The notes below the pieces were generated by a model. That model was not told where the DNA came from, made no database searches, and saw only the letters and a program-made list of their open reading frames with translations. Of a stretch of 64,000 nt of DNA, positions 58,741 through 64,000 are shown in pieces; the stretch's first letter is position 1, and every line of letters begins with the position of its first letter. The translations under genes and the position numbers were made by a program. The DNA comes from Clostridia bacterium (GTDB taxonomy: Bacteria > Bacillota > Clostridia > Christensenellales > QALW01). Where the stretch lies: contig JAZRXI010000008.1 in the NCBI GenBank assembly GCA_045600145.1, positions 433-64,432 of the forward strand, written 5' to 3'.

Positions 58741-58758
58741 CTACTGTTTACTTAAGCT

Positions 58759-60279
58759 TTAAGCGAAGTATGCTGCATAGCCTTCCCATGAATCGAGATA
58801 GCGGGAAAGGATCATGCGGTCTTTTGATGTTACCTTGCTGTTGCATGTGATATCGGCACAGGTAAGATCTATTTCCACACCACTCCAGCCTGCGATATAG
58901 CGGGCGATCATCATGCGGTCATGGCTTGTTATCTGACCGTCGCCGTCGGCATCACCGAGTATTATTTTCCCGCTCGGATATTTGTATGTTACGCCGTAAG
59001 TTGCTTTTGTCACCGGACCGAAATTCGGACCCGTTGCGTATGGACTTAAGTCGATAATAAAATTGCCGTCCTCTGCTTTGAAACCGTATATAGAAAAATT
59101 CGCTTTCGTAACTGTGTATAATTGAGTGGCGGTATTGCGGACGGTGTCGTATCTGTAAACGGAATCGGCAAGAGAGTAATACAGGAAATCCTCATCTGCA
59201 CCCAAACGCGAGAAATTAGCTGTCCAACGAGCGTTTTCACCGGACCACCATACACTGTTTATGCTTTTTGTCAACGTTGTCGATGTACCGCCGTTCCAAC
59301 GCCGAAGCTCCTCGGCGGTGTTATCTATATAATAAATACTTCCGCCGATCGTCTGGAATGACGTATCGGATTTTTTCCAGAAATAATTATCATAGGTCGT
59401 GCTAGCAGGCGAAGAATAATAGTCGATCTGATTGTCTTTAACATGTCCGGAGGCTATAAGAGCGGATGTTGAAAGCAGAAAATGATCGTGCAGCACGCGC
59501 CCGGTAATATCGTAAAGTGGATCGTCCCATGTTACATCAACATGATATTCATTACCGTTGATCGTAACGATGTTCCACTCGTGGTTGAGTAATTTGGAAT
59601 CGCATACATAACAATCAATACCTAATTTTGTGAGAAGATACTGATATGCTTGCGAATAACCTATACAAGTGCAACGCTTTGTAATGAATGCGCCGTAAAT
59701 AGTGGAGCTTTCAAATGAAGGAGTCGCAGCAGTATCATATTCGCACATTGTAATGATACGGTCATGTACGAGTAACGCCTTGGCGACATCCGAGAGGGGA
59801 TAAAGGTCGGCGATCATGCTTTCGGCAACGCTGTCGCATTGTGCGATCGCGGAACGCACGGTGTCTTCGTCATATGCACTTTCAAGATTTACGGCTGTAA
59901 GCACTATAGTTCCGTCGGCATACTGCCAGCCGGAAAAAGATACATGCGGAATTATATAGAAACCGAGGGGACAGCCGGATGCGATACTGTATACTATCTG
60001 TCCGACGGTATTCATGTCTTGACCCGAGAAACCGTATTTCTCTATATCAACACTCAAATCAAGTTTTTTAACGTTTGTTTCCACTGCACTTTTGAATGTA
60101 TAATATGTTGTCATATCCATTCCAAGTGACGCCGCATAGTATTGGTCATTGAGCGATTTTGTGCAATTCTCAGGTACGATGGCAGCATTGGTATCTTCAG
60201 GTGACGCTGTAATGAAAATTTGAAGTGAACATACGATCACAATCATGGCAAGTAAGACAGAAATTATTTTTTTCATCAT
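58759..60279 (-). CDS. secreted transglutaminase-like cysteine protease-fold protein with C-terminal dockerin
   Basis: Signal peptide; CTCIGYSQAY..NHEWN..HVDVTWDD (Cys-His-Asp core); dockerin repeats GDADGDGQITSHD and DITCNSKVTSKD. Confidence 0.7.
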   Translation of the reverse strand: MMKKIISVLLAMIVIVCSLQIFITASPEDTNAAIVPENCTKSLNDQYYAASLGMDMTTYYTFKSAVETNVKKLDLSVDIEKYGFSGQDMNTVGQIVYSIASGCPLGFYIIPHVSFSGWQYADGTIVLTAVNLESAYDEDTVRSAIAQCDSVAESMIADLYPLSDVAKALLVHDRIITMCEYDTAATPSFESSTIYGAFITKRCTCIGYSQAYQYLLTKLGIDCYVCDSKLLNHEWNIVTINGNEYHVDVTWDDPLYDITGRVLHDHFLLSTSALIASGHVKDNQIDYYSSPASTTYDNYFWKKSDTSFQTIGGSIYYIDNTAEELRRWNGGTSTTLTKSINSVWWSGENARWTANFSRLGADEDFLYYSLADSVYRYDTVRNTATQLYTVTKANFSIYGFKAEDGNFIIDLSPYATGPNFGPVTKATYGVTYKYPSGKIILGDADGDGQITSHDRMMIARYIAGWSGVEIDLTCADITCNSKVTSKDRMILSRYLDSWEGYAAYFA

Positions 60280-60413
60280 TGAACTCCGTTCTGTCGCAAA
60301 GCGGCAAAATTAAATATGTTAATTTATTCTATCATATAAATACGCATTAAGTCAACGATTAAAACGAAAAAAATTTATTCTTCAAGCTTGTGACATTCGA
60401 ATTTCCGATTTGA

Positions 60414-60450
60414 CTTAAAAAATGCGGTACGGGAAATGCCCACACCGCAT
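60414..60450 (-). terminator. intrinsic terminator
   Basis: Minus-sense ATGCGGT-N15-ACCGCAT followed by T6. Confidence 0.6.
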
Positions 60451-60456
60451 ATACTG

Positions 60457-63294
60457 TTATTCCTTAGCCGAAAGTGTAAATCTGAATGTAAATTTTTTAT
60501 CGCTCATGGCGTATTCCGGGAGAAGCCGCGGTCCGCACGAATTTGAGCCGATGCCCGAATTCTTGTAATCTATGTGCAGATATGTTCCGTCGCTTTCGCC
60601 TATTTCGTCGGTATGCTTTGCCGCATAGAGTTGTTGTGCGGAATAGCGCGAAACGTTTATATCCATGCCTTCGGCGCATGCAAAGCTCATAGCGCATATG
60701 TCGAGCGTTTTGACACCCGTATGGTTGCCGTGCTCCTGAGGCATGACGTAGGGGACATATTCTTTTGCGGCAGTGCTGTCAAAATAGCCGAGTGTCGCAT
60801 GATGCATCATATCACGGTATGTTTCAAGCGGACCGTAGCCGAAATAACGGAATGCGGCATTTTTCTTTTTGAGCTTGAATTCGTAGCCGAGCCTCGGCAG
60901 GAAAACGGCCTGCTCGGGAACTGTGCCGGACAGCGTGTAAGATATTTTACCGTCAGAAGAAACGCTTATGACCGATTCGTATTTAATAACGGGTCTGCGT
61001 GAAACACCGGCAAGACATCCCGAAACGTGCAGGCTCGCTTTTTTCAGGCTGACATCGTATGTCTTGTGAAATTCGCGGTCAAGGTTTTCGCCCTGCCAGC
61101 CTGCCGCCGTATATATCCACTGAATTTTTATATTGCGGTCGTTGTCGGTCGGCGCGCGGAATGTGGTCAGCTTTACGGGCGCGGCAAGCTGTTCCTCACC
61201 GCCGATAACGATGCTTGTGAAGTTGCCGTACTGCTCGGAGAAGGTGTATTCAAAGCCGTCGCCTGCAAAAACATATCCGCCTTTTACTCTTTTCGGAATG
61301 CACAGAACTGTGTTGGCACTCTCCTTTATAAGCCTGCACTTTATCGGCTGTTCGAGATGAGCTATGATCTTACTGCCGTCCATAAGATATACCGTTACCG
61401 AAGCACCGAGCCTGCATTCTGTCGGGAACGGCTTTTCGGGTGTTATCGTTCCGCTTGTGTGTGGCTTGATCGAGAGCTTCACCGTGTTGTCCTCAACGAC
61501 TGCTCCGTCGCATTTGACAACATATCTTATGTCAAACCTGTCTGTATTGAGGAAATCATACCAATTCGTATATTTTATCGTGTTCTGCTTAAGCTCAAAT
61601 CTGAACGGCGCGTACGCGGCCTTTGCTTCCATCGTACCTGCCTTGAACGAACGGTCATGGAATACAAGTCCGTCACAGCAGAAGTTGCCGTCATCGGTCA
61701 TCTCGCCCTTGAAGTCTCCGCCGTACTTGCACACTCCGTTTTCTTTCACGGTGTGATCTGCCCATTCCCATATACAGCCGCCGACGAATGCGGGATTTTC
61801 CAGTATTTTTTCCCAATACATATACACATCTCCGGGACCGTTACCCATTGCGTGTGAATACTCGCAAAGCATTATCGGAGTGGTTATTTCGGGATTCTTG
61901 AGGTCGTTATCGAGCATTTCAAGCGACAGGTACATGCGCGAATACACATCGGAATGATCATATATACCGCGGCGGCTTGCGTCCTCGCAGTGGATAAGCC
62001 GAGAGTTGTCGGTCTTGCGCAGATATTCGACCATCTTTTCGTGGTTAGGACCGTGACCGCTTTCATTTCCCGTTGACCACATTATTATGGATGTATGGTT
62101 TTTGTCACGTTCGTATGCGCGTTCCATACGCGAAACGAATTCGCCCTCCCAATCGGGATTTTCACTCGGCCAAAAGCTCTGCGGCGTCCATGCAACATCA
62201 TATGATATATTTGGGAAAGCACGGATCATTCCGTGGGTTTCAAGATCGGTTTCAAGGATGACATAGAAGCCCATTTCATCGCAATAATCAAGGAACACGG
62301 GCGACGGCGGATAATGTGATGTGCGGATAGTGTTGATACCGAGTGACTTCATAAGCGTAAGGTCGCGCCTGATTTCGGCATCGGTCATGCACCAGCCGTT
62401 TGTGCCGCTTGTATCGTGGTGGTTGACACCGCGCATTTTTATCGGTGAGCCGTTTATGAGAAGCTCACGTTTTTTGGAAACGCCGACAGTGCGGAAGCCG
62501 AATTTGCGGACTATTTCTTCACCGGCGCAATAGAATTTAAGAGTGTAAAGCTCAGGCGCTTCGGCATTCCACATTACTTTGTTTTTAACGGTGAAAGAAC
62601 CTTTTTTGTCGATGAGCTTTGTTTCAAGCAAATCGTTTTTATAATAAAGCTTGACCACTGCCTTGCGATCGGTAACGATGTTAATGTTGTTGTCGTTGGC
62701 AGAGACAGCTATATCCGTAATATGTCCCTCGGGGCGCGAGAGCAGATATACGTCGCGGAAAATTCCGTTGAAGCGGAAGAAATCCTGATCCTCTATATAA
62801 CTGCATGCGCACCACTTGTGTACCTTTACGATAACGGTGTTTTTGCCTTTTTTGACGAACGGTGTTATATCAAACTCGGATTGCAGGTGCGAGCCGGTCG
62901 TGAAACCGACATATTCACCGTTAATAAAAAGCTCACCGCAGCTTGAAATACCTTCGAATACGATGTAGTGCAGTTTTGCCGTATCTTTTATATCAAATTC
63001 ACGCCTGTAGATGCCCATAGGGTTTATGTCGGGCACATACGGCGGGTCGCACGGGTAAGGATAGTTGATGTTGGTGTAATTCGGATTTTCGTAACCGCGC
63101 ATCTGCCAGCATGACGGAACGTCGGTCTTGTCCCATTTTCTGACACCTTCGACAACATCGCCGTTTTCGAAAAATGCAAAGTCCCACGTGCCGTTTAGCA
63201 ACGTGTATTCGGCTTCACCGCCGGGGATGTAATAAGCACGCTGGGGCAATCTGTTCTCCGATGTTTTTTGCGGGTATTCATAGAAACGTTTCAT
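60457..63294 (-). CDS. lacZ: beta-galactosidase (GH2, LacZ-like)
   Basis: RGVNHHD, WSTGNESG (acid/base), CEYSHAMGN (nucleophile); start at MKRFYEYPQ with an AAAGGAG RBS. Confidence 0.9.
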   Translation of the reverse strand: MKRFYEYPQKTSENRLPQRAYYIPGGEAEYTLLNGTWDFAFFENGDVVEGVRKWDKTDVPSCWQMRGYENPNYTNINYPYPCDPPYVPDINPMGIYRREFDIKDTAKLHYIVFEGISSCGELFINGEYVGFTTGSHLQSEFDITPFVKKGKNTVIVKVHKWCACSYIEDQDFFRFNGIFRDVYLLSRPEGHITDIAVSANDNNINIVTDRKAVVKLYYKNDLLETKLIDKKGSFTVKNKVMWNAEAPELYTLKFYCAGEEIVRKFGFRTVGVSKKRELLINGSPIKMRGVNHHDTSGTNGWCMTDAEIRRDLTLMKSLGINTIRTSHYPPSPVFLDYCDEMGFYVILETDLETHGMIRAFPNISYDVAWTPQSFWPSENPDWEGEFVSRMERAYERDKNHTSIIMWSTGNESGHGPNHEKMVEYLRKTDNSRLIHCEDASRRGIYDHSDVYSRMYLSLEMLDNDLKNPEITTPIMLCEYSHAMGNGPGDVYMYWEKILENPAFVGGCIWEWADHTVKENGVCKYGGDFKGEMTDDGNFCCDGLVFHDRSFKAGTMEAKAAYAPFRFELKQNTIKYTNWYDFLNTDRFDIRYVVKCDGAVVEDNTVKLSIKPHTSGTITPEKPFPTECRLGASVTVYLMDGSKIIAHLEQPIKCRLIKESANTVLCIPKRVKGGYVFAGDGFEYTFSEQYGNFTSIVIGGEEQLAAPVKLTTFRAPTDNDRNIKIQWIYTAAGWQGENLDREFHKTYDVSLKKASLHVSGCLAGVSRRPVIKYESVISVSSDGKISYTLSGTVPEQAVFLPRLGYEFKLKKKNAAFRYFGYGPLETYRDMMHHATLGYFDSTAAKEYVPYVMPQEHGNHTGVKTLDICAMSFACAEGMDINVSRYSAQQLYAAKHTDEIGESDGTYLHIDYKNSGIGSNSCGPRLLPEYAMSDKKFTFRFTLSAKE

Positions 63295-63321
63295 TTGTTC
63301 AGCTCCTTTCAAATCAACAAA

Positions 63322-63350
63322 ATTATATCAAAATAAGCATGGCATGTCAA
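63322..63350 (-). promoter_or_regulatory. consensus sigma-A promoter for lacZ
   Basis: Minus-sense TTGACA (63345-63350), 17 nt, TATAAT (63322-63327). Confidence 0.65.
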
Positions 63351-63370
63351 TACATACGGGAGTTTTGTCT

Positions 63371-63400
63371 AAAAAAAAGACACGGCATTTTCGCCGTGCC
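63371..63400 (-). terminator. intrinsic terminator
   Basis: Minus-sense CACGGC-N6-GCCGTG followed by T8. Confidence 0.6.
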
Positions 63401-63431
63401 TTGCAATAAGCAGCGCAATGAAGTTGTGCGC

Positions 63432-64000
63432 TCATACTATTATGTAGTCCTGCGCTCCTATGGTAATGCCGTTATACACCGCCGCGGTGTCGCTGTAGTT
63501 GATGTAAACGGTTTCGCCGTTAGAATAGCTGACTGCAACAAGTCCGTTTTCGAGAATTTCATGCTTTGTCATAAAATAGTATTGCAGATGAGAAAGTGGC
63601 TTGTAGAAATCGTATGTTTCCTTTAATATACGCACCGTTCTTTCGGTTTCCTCATCGGTGGCACAAGTAAGATCATCGTCGCCCATCCAATTCGACGAGC
63701 CTTCACACTCGGTTACGAAGCGTGAATAGATATACATTGCAGGGCGTCCGCCGAATTCGATGAATCTAAGCTGAAGCTCACGCGGGCAAAGCGAGATGTT
63801 GACAAGCTCCGACGTGGGACATGAAAGCACGCTTCCGTGGAATACAAGCTGCCACATCGGTACTACGCTGTCGATGTATTCCGATGTATTTTGAAACATC
63901 TTAAAGCCCGTATACAGGCAAAAATCAAGATCTTCGGCAAGTGTGTCAAAACAGCCCTCGGAGGCGATGCCGCCGAATAAATCACGGGCAAGAGAAATTA
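63432..64000 (-). CDS. C-terminal part of a putative glycoside hydrolase (CDS continues beyond the window)
   Basis: Frame open to the window edge; VPMWQLVFHG-type motif common in GH31-like/DUF5696 proteins; family uncertain. Confidence 0.5.
   Translation of the reverse strand, partial: ISLARDLFGGIASEGCFDTLAEDLDFCLYTGFKMFQNTSEYIDSVVPMWQLVFHGSVLSCPTSELVNISLCPRELQLRFIEFGGRPAMYIYSRFVTECEGSSNWMGDDDLTCATDEETERTVRILKETYDFYKPLSHLQYYFMTKHEILENGLVAVSYSNGETVYINYSDTAAVYNGITIGAQDYIIV

Overview
This window looks like ordinary chromosome from a mid-GC, spore-forming Clostridia. SpoIID, the DUF421/DUF4363 pair and a dockerin-bearing protein suggest a Ruminococcus-like Oscillospiraceae, but that lineage is an inference. 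All calls come from reading the ORF track and the sequence by eye; no searches were run.

I count about 55 intact CDS. Housekeeping genes include hemW-lepA, icd, cobB, asp23-yloV, gyrB-gyrA, tadA, rlmH, apgM, rho, spoIID and murG. Sugar-use genes include galT/galK, GH2 lacZ, GH3 and a GH115-like gene. There is also a heterodimeric ABC exporter and several XRE/AraC/OmpR regulators. Two tRNAs are present: Ala-GGC and Leu-UAG.

I found no rRNA, CRISPR, intact mobile element or recognisable defence system, so there may be no novel multi-gene system here.

Signals most worth a second look:
1. An approximately 190-nt nested-helix leader (57929-58119, minus strand). It has a consensus promoter and a UUCG-capped terminator, sits ahead of a Cys-rich ORF/GtrA/tRNA-Leu unit, and looks like a riboswitch I cannot assign to a class.
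2. A modular repeat family with at least 8 copies. Each copy lies immediately 3' of a gene in that gene's orientation, and its hairpins show compensatory changes.
3. A patchwork of truncated aldolase, pfkB, deoR and parA fragments next to tRNA-Leu.
4. Gene decay by in-frame stops only, in an ECF sigma factor, a GH32 remnant and the pfkB fragment.
5. An M14 carboxypeptidase-like lipoprotein that has lost its zinc and catalytic residues.
6. Two XRE regulator loci with clear palindromic operators.
7. Tandem paralogous membrane proteins in the galT operon.
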